Shown: one piece after another, positions 15,103-30,108 of the stretch | Position numbering within the stretch: the first letter of the stretch is position 1 | Layout: each line of letters starts with the position of its first letter | NCBI GenBank assembly: GCA_964016885.1 | Contig: OZ024743.1 | Coordinates: 38,874,001 to 38,938,000 of the forward strand | Source: Eledone cirrhosa | Lineage: Eukaryota | Direction: 5' to 3' | DNA length: 64,000 nucleotides | Position numbers and translations under genes: made by a program | Notes under the pieces: generated by a model | What the model was told of the DNA's origin: nothing | The model's input: the letters and a program-made list of their open reading frames with translations, nothing else | Databases searched by the model: none

Positions 15103-15820
15103 TCTTTCTTTCTTACTATCCCTTCATATGAATAATTAAATATCATTAAACAGGAGAGGAAAGAACAATATAGACAGAGAGTAGAATTAGATGTGAGACT
15201 TTGACTTTGTCACAGGACAAACCTATTGTCTGCTATAAATATTTCATCACAACAATATTTAAGTGTGTGCCAGTGAATGTAATAAGGAAATATATAAAAG
15301 TTTGTTATTCAACTGACTGAAGTACCAAGAGGGAGAGAATCCTGAGCAAACAGTTAAACACTTTAACAGAATATATGTGTGTGTGGGCGAAATGTTATGA
15401 TGTACACTCTTGGCGGATGAATGAATACACTGCCACTTTGTAGGTGGGATTTCTTTGAAATTCTTCCAACGCGTTTTAGAATACATTTGAAATTATTCGA
15501 TTTTTTTTTAGAAGTCCCTAAAAGTTACATAATTATACTTAGTTGAACCTGCTGCCAAAAGCCCTTTAGCTCCTGAATTATTTTCAAAGGTATTTCAAGT
15601 AGGACTGGAAAACTCGTCATATTCTTATTATTGGCAAAAACGCTTCAATAGTCAACTGAAATTTCCGAATACTTTCACTTTGTTTTAGTTTGTTTTAACA
15701 AGTTTTGTATATTTTATACTATTCTATTATATGTACATACGTGCCTACCCACGTAAATAACTACACACAAACGCGTGGCGCAGGTAAATGTATATCTATA
15801 TATGTATGCATGTATATATA

Positions 15821-15911
<91 letters not shown>

Positions 15912-15916
15912 ACTCA

Positions 15917-16710
15917 AAATTGGTTAACATATAAATAAACATGAATAATCACAGGAGAACATTTTTACAAATGTGTAAGCACACATAGCTAGGTAGGTAA
16001 CTAAATAAAGTTAACCAGAACTTCAAAAATAGATACCTTATAGTATGATTAATCTTCCCTGTATATATTCCATTAAAGAAATATATTTCACCAAATAATC
16101 GAATGGTAAACCATGGAGGCCGGTACTTGGATTTTCAACAAGGAAGAAGTCCAGCGATCTATGTTTACACTTCAAGTTCAAATCAGCGACTGGCCAGCAA
16201 CACGTGCTGTATCTACTAGAAATACACACATCATACCAGCTCCGTTACAGTGGCCTGAATAGGGTTATCGACAACTAGAAACAGCAGTCAAATCTGTTCA
16301 ACAGTGTTAACTCTACAATTAAGGAGCCGTATTTATATATCTATATCCAAAATTAAGATAATCAAAATTATGGGTGTCATGCCAGAAAGACATGCGCCAT
16401 ATCACCCGCAAAATAAGCTCTAAGTTTCTAACGAATAGGTTCGAGCATTTTATAATAACTAGAAATTGATTAACATATAAATAAACATGAATAATGACAG
16501 AAGTTCTGATTAACTTTATTTATTTCCCTACCTAGCTATGTGTGCTCACACACTTGTAAACATTATCTCCTGTGATTATTCGTGTTTATTTATATGTTAA
16601 ACAATTTCTAGTTATTATAAAATGCTCGGAGCTATTCGTTAGAATCTTAGAGCTTATTTTGCGGGTGATATGGCGCATGTCTTTCTGGCATGACACCCAT
16701 GATTTGGGAC
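15917..16710. mobile_element. Partial-tandem plus inverted repeat of a ~480-bp family (one unit at 33352-33835)
   Basis: 16365-16500 is inverted to ~16570-16705, and 15925-16005 is inverted to ~16515-16600. Homologous to 33380-33820. Flanked by (TA)n. Confidence 0.65.
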
Positions 16711-16859
16711 ATATATATATATATAGTATTAATAATTAATTTGAAGAGTACAATCCAAAGAGTGCTCGATAAGGATAAATATATATCAAATATATAAGAA
16801 CCGTAGAGATCCCGTTAAGGGTGAAATCAGTGATTCTTTGGTTAAAATTTAATCTGTTA

Positions 16860-16896
<37 letters not shown>

Positions 16897-19656
16897 CAAA
16901 ATATTAACAAATGAAAGATATTGACATAATAAAAAATATATACTTTCAAAGGTACTTTTTTTTTTTTTAGTATGTCTTCATCTGATAAAATATATCATTT
17001 GATATATGACATACCGCTACGGTCTTGATTATACAATTCCAGTATTGGCAGTGATATATTTCATCAAATCTCAATATGTATACGCCCCAAATAATATGAT
17101 AAACTTAAAGAAGAAAAGGACGCAAATTAAAAATATGAGAGGGGAAAGGCAAGAAAAAATAAATATATACATATATAAATACATACATAAATAAATAAAA
17201 GAATGAATGAATAAAAGAAATATATGAAAAAGAAAAGAGGAATAACGATAAAAGATGGAAAGTGTAAGGAAAGTAAAGGGAACAGAGAGGGGTAAAGAAA
17301 AATAAAGTAAAATATAAGGAGATAGTGAAAAAAATCGTTGTTTTCAAATGCTATATCAAATAGGACATCCGATCGATTCAACGAAAGAATTGAATATCTT
17401 TAGTATGTGATTATGTATTAGCTAATTATATTTATATATGATATCAAAATTAAGCAGTATAGATTATTTTCTATAGCAATCGCATATATCGTTTAATTAA
17501 ACATTTATATAATTTAATTTAACTCATTACAAATTATTATTTTTAATTTTAAGGTAAGATATTCTATAAATATTTTGTTACAGCTTTAAAAGAATTAATT
17601 CATGAAGCGTATTTAAATAATTACTACATATGTAATAACATCAAAAACCATACATAAATCAGCATCAATACATATAATATATTTAGATCCAATATTACTC
17701 AAATTATTTAATTATGATATTCTCTTTAAAAAATATTCACTATTCATTAATTTTCATTTAATTTCTAGGATTAAACTGTAGTTACATTTACTCACAAAAG
17801 TTTAGTTTCATTAATTTAATGAAAGGTTATATTTACTTCTGATATTTACTTCATTTACTTCATTTTGTTATATAGTTTCATTTTAATGACAATCTGTATA
17901 TTATTAGTCTACATATCTCAAAACTAATATAATTTAGCAAGATAGTCAAAAAGAAAGGACATTTTTACGGACAATGTAAACAAAAGGAAGATAACTCGTT
18001 CACCATATACAAACATTTATAACATATCTCTACTCACACGTTCCGCGATATTTTGAAAATCATAAATCATCTATTGCAAATATAAAAGATGTCTAATTAA
18101 ATATTGAACTATCCTAATCAGAACATAGGATAACGAGACTCTTAATGAAATAATTCTAATACATATAAATATCAATAAATTATTACCACACTAAGGCAAA
18201 AGCATATATATATTAAATTAATAATAGTCAATATTTTTTCGAAACTTGTACAATGCTTGGAAATTTTTACCAATATTAGGGTGTTAACAACTGAATAATT
18301 CGTTTTTTTTGTTGTTGATTAAATTGTCATAATTTGTAATTATTTGTAATTATTCGAAGTTACAAAGATTGCAATTTTGCGAAAAGTTGCGTTCTGATAG
18401 GAATTGGTTTCCTTTAACTTGGTCCAAAATATGGAGTATTTAGTATTGTTATCCTATAAAGACCATATTAATTGTGAAAGTGATGTTGAAAATGTCTTAT
18501 CTGGTTTAATAAAACAACTGTCTAGATTGTATCAGCGTTCCTTAAATTTAGATGAAGTGGCACCAATATAGTTATATATATTATTATTTGTCTTAATGAT
18601 TCATTTATATACTATATTCTTGTCAAGGCAATTATTTTGTAAAGGACATACGGACTTTTTCTACAATTACATTTCTTCTCAATGTTATTTCCAGACCTTA
18701 AGCTATTCACATTATTGTTTACAGGTGTACTACTATTATTAATATTTAAACTATTATCGTTATTCACGTTAACTAATGTATTGTGATTATTATTGTTATT
18801 ATTGCTAATTATAAGTTGGTTCAAATTAAGATTTTTATTATTTATTATTGCTATATTTTGAGCAATATTCATAGTTGTTGAATAAGAAAGTTTAACTATT
18901 GAACATAAAGTAATATTTATGTGACCTAGGGAAGCATTTATCCAGGGCTTTAAAAAATAAGTATGCTACCGGTGTTTTAATAGCTAAAGATGCTGGCGGA
19001 GTATACCAAATTATAGATCTAGTTCTTGTTTTCTTCACGGATGTACACCTCAAGTTGTTGATTTTATCTTCATTTTTATTATGGATAGTGTGATTATAAT
19101 TAATATTATTGTCAGTATTTTTTCTATATACTCAATATTATTGTTATATCCAGCTTTATGTAACGCTTCATTTTAATGGACAGCCTTACTATTAAATGTG
19201 GATCTATTAGCAGATAGCCTGGATATTCTTCGTTGAACACTGTTGACTATTGCATTCTTAACACTTTTAGGATGATTAGAATAAAAACTAACATAATTTA
19301 AATTCTCATTCAGTTTATTGAAAGGATAATAAAAGCCTGAGCTAAAATTAAGAGTCACGTCTAAAAAAATAATTATTTTGTTATTATTTTCTACTTCTAA
19401 TTTCATCGTAATTTTTTCAAAAATGCTATAATTACTTTCTTTACCCTATTTAATGTACTATTATTATGTTTTTCTACAATAAATAGTATGTCGTCTCTAT
19501 ATAAACCTCCGGTAATCTCCGGCAGTTTTCTGTTTATCATGTTAAGGATAAACATTTCCATAGGATCCGTAACTTGCGCCGAATCAGACGAACCCATAGT
19601 AATGTCAAAATTCTTGTCTATCTGATCCTGTCCAAAGATCATTATTAAAATCAATA

Positions 19657-19770
19657 GTGTTCAAATCCCGCCGAGGTTAACTTTGCCTTTCATCCTTACG
19701 GGGTCGATAAAATAAAGTACCAGTAATGTACTGGGTAATTGCTGGCCTTGTGCCAAAAGTAGAAACAATT
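19657..19770 (+). mobile_element. 5'-truncated SINE copy inserted in the PLE
   Basis: GTTCAAATCCCGCCGAGG...TAGAAACA, same family as 1768. Confidence 0.85.
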
Positions 19771-19791
19771 ATTAAAATCAATAAATGAATA

Positions 19792-19978
19792 GGGCGGTGG
19801 ATTGGCAGTATAGGTAGAGGGTCGGACGCCATGCTTTCCAGCATAGTTACGTCCCTTTACGATCTGAGTTCAAATCCCGCCGAGGTTGACTTTGCCTTTC
19901 ATCCTTACGGGGTCGATAAAATAAAGTACCAGTAATGCACTGGATAATTGCTGGCCTTGTGCCTAAAGTAGAAACAAT
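19792..19978 (+). mobile_element. Full-length SINE copy inserted in the PLE
   Basis: GGGCGGTGGATTGGCAGTA...GAGTTCAAATCCC...TAGAAACA, flanked by ATTATTAAAATCAATA repeats. Confidence 0.9.
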
Positions 19979-21041
19979 TATTAAAATCAATAAAATTTCG
20001 CCTTGCTGTCAAAATAATATTTATCTCATCACTAGATAAGTCCGTATGTTTATATGCATATGATAACGCCTTATTTAAAAATATTAGGTGTTATCGAGGA
20101 ATAATGACTCGTTATGTCCATTTGAATGAGCTTATAATTATTTTTATTTTTGATATTATTGAACCAATCTATGATTTCACTAGTGCCTTTCCATAGGTTT
20201 AGCCATGACCTCAATTTAAGAGTTGGTAAAATCCTATCTATTATATGTTTACTAATTAATTCAAGATCTGATTTTGAATGTGCTATAAGTCTAACTGGCA
20301 GGTAGGTCCACCTCGAAATTTCTTTGATGGTCTTTAAAATTTATCCGCGGTTGCTTAGGTATGAAGGGTTCGGTTTTCGCTCTATTCCAAGATTGGGGTC
20401 AATTTCAAATGCAACATTATTAATATCCAATAAATCCTCACTTCGGGCCTTTTTATAATTTTTCCTCAATTCTTTTAGAATTAAGTCATTATATTTTGTT
20501 CTTTCAATCCCATATAGTTTGTTCGTTTTGTTTGATTTCACTAATATTTTATTCACTTTTTGCATGTCCTCATTTTTTTCTTTAGACCTCTGAGGTATTC
20601 CTGGCCACTATATGTGTTTGTTTTTCAATTTAATATTCCTTAATATATTTATTATTTCGTTTTAGAAATTCCCCAAGAGTTTGTTGTAAGGAGGATATTT
20701 CCTAGATTTAAAGATATGATCAACATGTTGGTGATTTTCTTATTACTCTTTATTTACTCTTTATTGTCAAAGTGGAAAGCACGCCACCGCAGTCTTCTTA
20801 TGGATGGGTTTTTTTTTTACAATAAGGTGTCTCATATATTCATCGTTAGATAGTAGAAGAATATCCTTGACAGATGCAGAAATCCTAAAGAATTCCATCA
20901 TTTATTAGTAATCTATTGCAGAAGAAGCGCTCAACCTTCCGGGAGTTAAATATGAGAAAAGATTAATATGGTTCGTTGATTACACCATGGAATACAATTT
21001 TACAATAGATTAAAAGCCCTCAACAGAGAGTTTTCCTGGAG

Positions 21042-21126
<85 letters not shown>

Positions 21127-21599
21127 CGGTTGGTCAATCAATGATAAACATTGATTACCAGCTAAACCAACTTTAGATATATGAAATATATGGAAACAAA
21201 GACCAATCCAAACCAAATAGTGACTGTGTTTAATTATATATGTCTGGCAATATTATAACAGCATGACCCTCCCCAAATATAAAAATATGTGTTTCAACAC
21301 ACGATTTCATATTTAAAAAAAAATATAGATATATAAGGAATAAGAATTAAAAATGCAATATTTATTTACTTTAATGATTTCAGAGCTCTTTTGATTTTCA
21401 CAAGTAAATTTTAGGTGGAGGGTTTGTGTTTCTGTTGTGTCTTCTCTCGCATCTAATTTGAGTTCGAAAATTCTTTCTGTTTTATATGGAAAATGTTTGA
21501 TAATTCTTTAAAATGCAATTTGGTTGGTAGATACCTGTCACGTGATTATTTACAGTCCATGACCACTGGAGTACAGAAAGCTGAATTCAAAGCAAAGAT

Positions 21600-22085
21600 C
21601 CCAAAACATTTCCTATACTGCGCTAAATTCAGCTCTCGGTAATCAGAAGAAAGGATGCAGGAGGAAACAACCGACTTAGAAACTCCAATTTGGTATTTGG
21701 GTCAACCAACATCTATCCTCATTAATCTTATATAATGACCGAAATAATACGATCGCGATTACAACCAGCCGAAATGGGGTTCCTCCAACAGGTCATTATA
21801 GCAATATTACTAGAGAGCGTAGTGCACAGATCGGTTAGTCAATCAAATTAGAGTCGTTGCTTCTCAGAGCAACCGCAGTTCTGATACTGACAGAATGAAC
21901 GAGCAAATCAAAGTGACTGGTGTTCCGAAATTTTACTACGATCATCTTGCTTGTATATAATCCATGATCTGCAGGTCCCGCCTCGGAATAATCTGGATCG
22001 ATCGAAAATAGTTGTTTCTAATAGGACACGCTGGAAGTTGTGCTTCGGTCTGTTCCAAAAAGAAGGTCCGCAAATAAGTATACAT
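21600..22085 (-). mobile_element. Possible decayed LINE AP-endonuclease fragment
   Basis: Minus-strand remnants MDYIQAR (resembling IDYI) followed by SEHQ (resembling SDH). Confidence 0.3.
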
Positions 22086-22091
22086 ACCACC

Positions 22092-22154
<63 letters not shown>

Positions 22155-22599
22155 GTTGTGTGCGTGTGTCTGTGCGTGCGTATGTATGTGTGTGTGCGGG
22201 TGTTCGTGCGTGTGTGTGTATGCTTGTATGTATGTTTGTGCGTGTGTATGTGCTTGTGTGTATCTGTGTGTATGTGTGTGCTTGTGTGTGTGTACGTGCT
22301 TGTGTGTGTGTGTGTGTGTTACAGAAAATGCTTCCCTACTGAATTGATAAGCCTCTTAACTGTTTACCGTATCATTCACAATTTCCTCATCATTCTGTCG
22401 TCTGTTTCTGTTTTCGTGACTTCCTGTTTTGTGCAATTTCATTTCTTTTCCTGCGTTCTATAAAGATGTATTTACAAGTTCTTTATTACCGATCTCACTC
22501 TCTCTATTTCTCTCTGTCTCTCTCTCACTCTCAATCTCTCTTGCACTCATTATCTATCTCTCTCCCTGTCTCTCTCTCTCTATATATATATATATTTAT

Positions 22600-23988
22600 G
22601 TTGCATGGGAGGGGGGACAAATATGTCGGCGGTGCAACACCCTGAGAACCTTGAGAGGGCCATAACAGATCGGGGCCGAGATATCGGACGCACAAGAAGT
22701 GACAGCACAACATGCAACTATAGAGCTGGCACCCAGTGCCCCCTACAGGGAAAATGCTTAATGAAAGACTTAATATACAAGTGTGTGGTTACAACCCAAA
22801 ATGCGCATCGAACCTGCATCGGCACAACATCCACGCCCTTTAAATCGCGGATGTATAATCACACGAATTCCTTCAGGGACCGTAGCAAAAGTAACTCTAC
22901 TAGGTTAGCGGACCTCGTGTCGGACATGAAAGACCACGGCAATCCTCTGGAAAGGAGTATCGTTCGCCACGCGAGGGCATATTCGGCCGGAAGTAGAACG
23001 TGCCGATTGTGCCTACACGAGCCATGGAGATAGTCAGACTGAAGTATGAAGCCGTCAACCTGAAGTCTGAAATTATCATGACATGCAGACACCGGAGAAG
23101 ATGCACATTTGCAGCATGGAACCCGCCGGGTGACCCAGGCAGGGGGCATGGGAATGAGTACGCACAGACCCGATTTGTCTGGCGGGATTAAGGGACATGA
23201 CACCATGCCATGATGACAGTGTCCGACCCGTGGGGCAATCATATGTAAACCGGGAGCGAACGTGAACGGGCACACAACATTGGAAGATACACCACATGAG
23301 CCGGGAGCGGCTGACACGCGTCCCACTGCCACCCGGTCCTGTGCAATAAACGTATAGAACAGCACACCCCAGCCACGGTGCCATGACCCATGGCGACCGT
23401 GACAAGCGTCACATTGAATGTGTACACCATCAATTGAGTCTATATACTCTACACCTGTTCCACTTTGGAACAGTGATTATTAATATCATTATTGTTGTAT
23501 CATTTTTCTGTTACTGTTACCTGTTCTATACACGGACACAAGTTTGCATCTCATAATACATGTGTGTAGTATATCGCATGGACGCACGCACCTTCTCATG
23601 TAAACTCCCGTATTTTTAATTTTATTTAACCAGTTCCTTTATTTTACCCCTTCTTTTCTTGTACTTATTTATGCAGTTACATACAGATTCTAATGTACCT
23701 TAAAATATTGTAAATTTATTTATTTATATTATTTTATTATCATATTGTGTTTATGTTACCGTGTTTTTATGCGTGGACATGTGTGTGGGTATATGTGCCT
23801 GTGTGTGTGAGTAGATGCGTATGTATCCATATATATACGTGGGTACTGAGGTGTGCGTATGGGCTTGGGTGCGAGTGTGCAGGAGCTTATACGCGCCTGT
23901 ATGTGCAGACACGTGCACATATATGCATATGTGGCGGAATGTGAGTGTATGTGTACGTGGGTATGTGTATATGTGTGTCTATATATGA

Positions 23989-24068
<80 letters not shown>

Positions 24069-24310
24069 CTATTTATGTATGTGTGAGTATATATATATAT
24101 ATCTTTCTCTCTTTCTCCTATGCTTGCCACTCCTTCGTTCCTAATTTTTATTTCTATTCAGATTGTTTTTCACATCCGCTTCTTACTTGTCTACACTTTA
24201 CCTTTTTCTGTTACACATTGCTAAAGGAAACGTATTCTGCTCTATATTTTCCCTATACCTATATAATAATCTCCAGCCGCACTCATAAATAGATTAATTT
24301 TTCTACCTAG
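22600..24310 (+). mobile_element. 3' fragment of a Nematis-like PLE (GIY-YIG endonuclease plus 3' UTR)
   Basis: ORF 22605-23033: CNYR...CPLQGKCL..LIYKC..IGTTSTPFKSRMYNH...CRLCLHE. Confidence 0.8.
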
Positions 24311-24391
24311 ATTTTATATATATATTTTTATTTATTTCTTCTTCTCTCCCACCCTTTCTTTATTAATAACATTTCTATTATTTCCTAACAG

Positions 24392-24556
24392 TTTCTACTT
24401 TTGGCACAAGGCCAGCACTTATCCAGTAGATTATGGTACTTTATTTTATCGACCCCGTAAGGATGAAAGGGAAAGTGAACCTCGGCGGGATTTGAACTCA
24501 GAAGGTAATGGATCGTAACTTTACTGTAAAGCATGGAGTCCGACTCTCTACCGATT
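24392..24556 (-). mobile_element. SINE copy, same family as 1768
   Basis: Reverse complement of the SINE core (TGGTACTTTATTTTATCGACCCCGTAAGGATGAAAGG). Confidence 0.85.
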
Positions 24557-25984
24557 ATTTAATAACAATGTTTAATAGACGTTTCGTTTTACTAAACAAA
24601 GCATCACAACGAAAATGTTTCATTAATTACAGTAAAGCACACTACATTATTGTCTCTTTACTATTAGGACTTTTTAATTTTCGTTCATTCCTCTTTCCTT
24701 ACTCCTATCACAGGAATATTATCACAGCATATCATACTTTTAATATTCGTATCACTTTATGTCAAGAATTACCACCAATACGAATCAAATGTCTTATGCA
24801 TTTTGCGGAATCTGCTCATGAACGATGTTGACATCTTTCGAGCACTCTGCGCTTAAAGGATACTTTCCTCCCTTCCTTGGAACATATTCAGACGCCCTGA
24901 AACTGGTCATTGATACGGACTTCTTTCCCTACATAAACATAAAATCAAATGTTGAAAATCCAGAAGGATTATCACTGGAAGGCTGTCTTAGAAAGGCATA
25001 TTTCTTATCGCTCTAAATAGTCTGTGGGGACGGGAAAATAGCAAAGGCACATAATTCTCCGACTCATCAATATCAGTAAATATATAAAGTATTTGAGGTG
25101 ATGGAGAATATATGAAATATTTCAATAAGATGAAATCATTCTATATTCCATCAAATGTTTGAAGAAGTATTTAATTATTTACTCCGAAGGGCAAGAAGGA
25201 TAAACGTATAGCATAAATTGTCATGCACTGATGAATGAATGTGAATGCCTTTCACTAATTATATCTCAAATCGAAAATGTCACATTTGAGTAAATTGACA
25301 TAAGTCCAGTATGTATATGGTTACAGCAAACCAGAATATTGATCATATATATATAATTTGAAAATGTAAATATGAAACCCGATGAATAGATTTTGTAGGT
25401 GTTTGTGCATCATATGCAATCTATGTCCAAGATAAATACAGTTGAAATGAAATAAATTCGTGTTACATTAATATTCCATATTAAATATTTCCTATAACAT
25501 TCTTAGTACAGGAAGCCTCTTGATTTCACAATAGTTTGCCACAGTAAATGTCATAAAAAAACGTTTCCAGCTAAAGAGAATGTACATGATACCCATGAAT
25601 GTGTGTAGTAAAGTTACCATCATGTTGCCTATAAGAATGGACATGATTATAGAAAATGGTAAATATTTGCTGCTGTGAATTGGAATATTTCATACCACGC
25701 GGTATAGGATGATTAATACAAATTCCAAATAGTCGTGTTTTATATATGTAATATTTAGTTTAGAATATACCGAGATATAGTTATTGATGATATAACTATA
25801 AATTGGTCAAACATACAGAAAAAAGAAAGCCGTAATAGAAAGGACTATGAATGCGATAAATGAGAGGAGGAAAATGGAAATAGCATGGAAAATTAAGAAA
25901 ATGAAGAAATAAAGAGGGAATAGGAGGGGGTGAGAGACACTACGCTTCGATCAGAGATTTATTTCGTCTGCCCCGCGCTGACAA

Positions 25985-26235
25985 AATGGTAAAGGCATTT
26001 CTGTTGACAAAGGCCAGTGGCACCTGATGTAAAAGCTACTCCACGTCTCAGGGTTCCTTCTCTAAACGGGCTGCTGTCATTCCGATGTTACGGAGGAGGT
26101 CAGCTGAAAAGGATCCGAGGATGCAGCAGGTCTCGACGGCGACCGGTGCAAAGGGGTGGTGTCGGGACAAGCCACGGTATTTGGTCGTTGTCGCGTCCTC
26201 TGTTTTACGGGCCGCAATAACGGGGTTACTTTTGT
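25985..26235 (-). mobile_element. 3' fragment of a second CRE-like element (RLE C-terminus)
   Basis: AARKTEDATTTKYRGLSRHHPFAPVAVETCCILG aligns by eye with AARRAEGQ..KYRSL..FAVIPLAVESSG of the 8045-9345 element. Confidence 0.6.
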
Positions 26236-29200
26236 CTCTGCCTTCTGCGACCTGAGTACAAACCACCAACTTTAACACTCACTTATTTGAGGTTGATACA
26301 CACGTTCACTCCATTTCTAATGTCGATTCTTCCTCTATATCTCCTTCTCACTTCACTCTTTTGATCGCTCTTTTCTCTCTTTTTTTTGTATTGAAGAAAT
26401 CATTTGTCTTCAGTAAGGAAAGGTATTGGCTACATTATACTAAGATATCCAAAGGCATACCCCTTCAACATCCACGAAGATTTGCTAGTAATATTCGTGT
26501 AAAGATATTCAATATTGTATTGGGATATCCAGAAATAAATATGTGATTGTGAGCCGACTTCCTCACACTATTGAAATGTCATACAGAATAAAATAATATA
26601 AAGTTTTTCAGAAACACTTGACACGATAGAGTTACCGATAATACTAACCCAACTTTGGAATTGAAACCATTGTATAGAGATTTCAAGACACCTGTGGCCT
26701 CCTATGAGTTTTTGATGAATCTCCGAATCACAAGCAAACAAAGGGGATTGGATAACCAATGGTAAGAATTTGGAACCAGTTTCCCTAGCAAGTAATAAAT
26801 TGATATAGAATATAAATCCAAAAATATTACATGTGGTGTCCGTTTTACGAAATTAGCTAGATGACTAAAACTGAACACTTAGTAATGTAGCAGAAGATAT
26901 GGCATGTTTGGTACTAATTGATAATATGTAATAGAAAATAAGGCAACAAGGTAAGATATGTAAAATGTTTGTAAGAAATCTAGGTAATGTGAATTACAAC
27001 AATGAAAAGGAAATAGAATTTCGCAGGAGAGCTTTCAGAACCGAAACAGTAAATAGCTCTCCAAACAACTGGATGTATACTGCGCAAATTACTGTCTATA
27101 GGATTAAGGAAATAATTACCTATAACTTGATCACTTCAACTCTAAAATTGTTCTAGTACAATAGCATATATACATAATCATAACAAGATAAATATATGAT
27201 GAGGATTGTGAAGTAGTAGCATTAAAACAGCAATCATAATCCGCATAGTTCTCAGAACCCCGAGAACAAATCTTAGGCAAAAGCCATCTTGTTAAACATC
27301 ACAGCCACTATATACACAATTATCACCACAAAATACTCAATACCCATGCCTATTGTTTTTCTAAGCCTGCAAATATATATCTATAGCCACCAAAACTCTA
27401 GTCATTATTCTTTTTATTTTTTCTGCTGTTGTGTTAATGCTTATTCCCCAATATCATTTCTTCTATTAACACTGTCTTCTTGGGTTACTGTAAATTACCA
27501 TTGACTTTCTCTACATCCCACAATGCAAGGGAACCTATGATAACGACAAATATCATTCCTCACTGACAGACCGATGATCGAAACATGACACCTTATCAGT
27601 CATTGTTGCCAGCATGTGTTTATATTTGCTATGTTTTTACACACGCACACATACACAGATACATGCATAACGACACACACATACACACAAAAACATACAT
27701 ACACCTATGCAGAAATATATATTTTATAAAATTCGCTCTATCTTACAATATTTATATCCGCCATTTTGTTTTCATTTTGATTGATCGACTAGAGTTATAG
27801 CAATCTGAACTCTTTGTTTGCTTTACTTCTTCATTTCACTCCTTTCTTAATGAAATTGTGATAGAATGCAAATAGACATTGTCAGGAAAACATTTTCCTA
27901 GAAATATCTCAGACGTGAAAGCAACTATATTGTCTTTCAATGATCTATTTAATATTCATTTGAGGCTCACCTACAATAAGAAAAAAATATTTGTAGACAC
28001 AGTAATTCGCTTTCCAGAGTGTTTATGATTATCATGCTTTTTTTGTTAACGCATGAGTGTGATAAGTGTGTCCTTAGTTATATATTTGTATGCATCTTTT
28101 TGGGTGTATTTGCATATAGAAACTTGCATATGTTTGGAAATATAACGGATGTATATGAGTAGACGTGTCTCAGTATCTAGAAACAGATATTCCTGTATCA
28201 TAGCTTATCTCTTGTTATATGTAAGTGCGTATTTGCTATTATGTTATCTCACACGCAGATATAAACATTACACGTGCACACACACACTCACCCACACATA
28301 CACACACAGACACACGAACACACACACACACACATGCATATATATATGTATATATATACATACATATATGCATATCCATGCTATACTATTGTTCGTTTAC
28401 TGATTTCAGTAATTATACCGTGGCTATGCAGGATTATCACCTAATATAGTTTTAAGTATATAACTATGCACACACACATACACACATATATATACGTATA
28501 AATATATATACATACATACATCTATGTGTTTTTGTGTCTATGTACGTAAGTATGTGAATGTGTTTGATGAAACTATCAACTATTCAAACCTTATCACGAA
28601 ATATATAATGTAAAATACCAAAATCACCAAATAGAACCAAAAATAAATGACAAAAACAGAGATTAGAAACAAAACCATTCAAAAACAAAAAAAAGAAAAA
28701 TCTCGAAGGTGACAAACAGTAGAAACTTGACATAAACAAACCTATTAATGTATGAGAGTAAAAACAAACAAAAAAACAAAGGAAAGATGTAGTTTAGTGA
28801 TTTTCAAAGAACGTTGTTGGATATGCATATTATTATTTTTAGTTTCAGCTACGAAAGAATACACTTTAAAATATAGTATTCAGGAATAATAGATTTGAAG
28901 CCCTAGAGTGTTGAGAATAATTCAATTCAAATTTGGGAAGGGAAATGTGATAAAAACAGAATGAAATTCTCTATTAGTTCATTCACTGAAGCAAATAAAT
29001 CTATTGCTGTAAATTGTGTTTTTTAAACAACCATCTGCTCTCTAGAAATTCTATATATCTTCGAGTTGCTTTTATTTTAATTCATCATGACTTTCATTTC
29101 TTTTATGGTATATATATATTATTTGTATTTTTTATTTAATATATTTTCTCAACATTTCTTCTTTATTCTGGCTGACACCTTACACATATAATCTATTACT

Positions 29201-29344
29201 CCATTTATAACAATATTTACTTCTACACGTTCGCTATAAGGGTAACTTCATGTCTTTCTACTGTATTCTCAAATCTCCCAATCTGTATAAATTGTTGTTA
29301 TATATTATGATTTCAAAAGGAAAAAAATATATTTATCATCAGGT

Positions 29345-29361
29345 ACTACAGCTGCTGCTAT

Positions 29362-29426
<65 letters not shown>
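29345..29426. repeat. (CTA)n microsatellite
   Basis: Direct inspection. Confidence 0.95.
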
Positions 29427-29719
29427 ATATTGCCACTCTTCATATCTTTTCAAATATCCATACTTTGTGTTTATGTTTGTGTGTCATGTGACAGGGTGCC
29501 ATGTGCTATGATGATGTCTGTCGATTTAGAATCATTGTAACTATTAAAAACCAAAACTCACAGAATACAAAGGCCTTATTTCATCCATGTTTAGACAATG
29601 TATATGTCGTAATATTTTTTCTTTCCGATATTATTCACGATTTCATTGGTAATACATTTCCTTTGGTACCTGACGGAGACGTACTTCAATAACGTTTAAA
29701 ACATGGTGAGATATAGTAT

Positions 29720-30108
29720 TTCTTATAGAATATTATTTCAAGGGGGTAAAAACGACAGCCAGACATACATACATATATTATAAGGGCGCGTTCTGGACGC
29801 AGATGGAATTGTGGGAAGTGACGTAATGCAGACAGCCATGCATACAGATATAGATTATAAGGGCGTGACGTTATATGTATGTATCTAAAAAGAGAAAGAC
29901 TAATAATTATAGAGAGAGATCTCTAAATCGCCTAATGCGGTATCTAGGGCATTGACAATTGTAAATGTATTTTGCTGAGAACACTCCCTGAAACATAAGT
30001 ATTAGATGTGTAAAGATTGAAAACAGTCGGTTGGGTGCTTCTCGAGTTTTAGGGTTTCAAACTCACACACACACAGACAGACGACATCCTCAGTTTTATA
30101 CATATAGA
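29720..30108 (-). mobile_element. Probable non-autonomous Helitron-like element
   Basis: Minus strand starts A|TCTATATGTATAAAA followed by GTCTGTCTGTGTGTG. Internal direct repeat (CAGCCA...TATAAGGGCG). The 3' end is unclear. Confidence 0.45.

Larger units (their letters stand above)
16900..20900 (-). mobile_element. Near full-length but decayed PLE (Nematis-like), interrupted by two SINEs
   Basis: Minus-strand motifs IRRLRWRAFHF, KSNKTNKLY, FDITMGSSDSAQV, GLYRDD, FLDVTLN, YSNHP, KLSYST, KCNCRK and YIGATSSKFKER (GIY-YIG). Long AT-rich 3' UTR. Confidence 0.8.

Noticed and set aside
16930-17030. Degenerate HHR-like motifs at the end of the decayed PLE
   Set aside because: Core mutated (CAGATGA or CTGATAA) and stem I does not pair.
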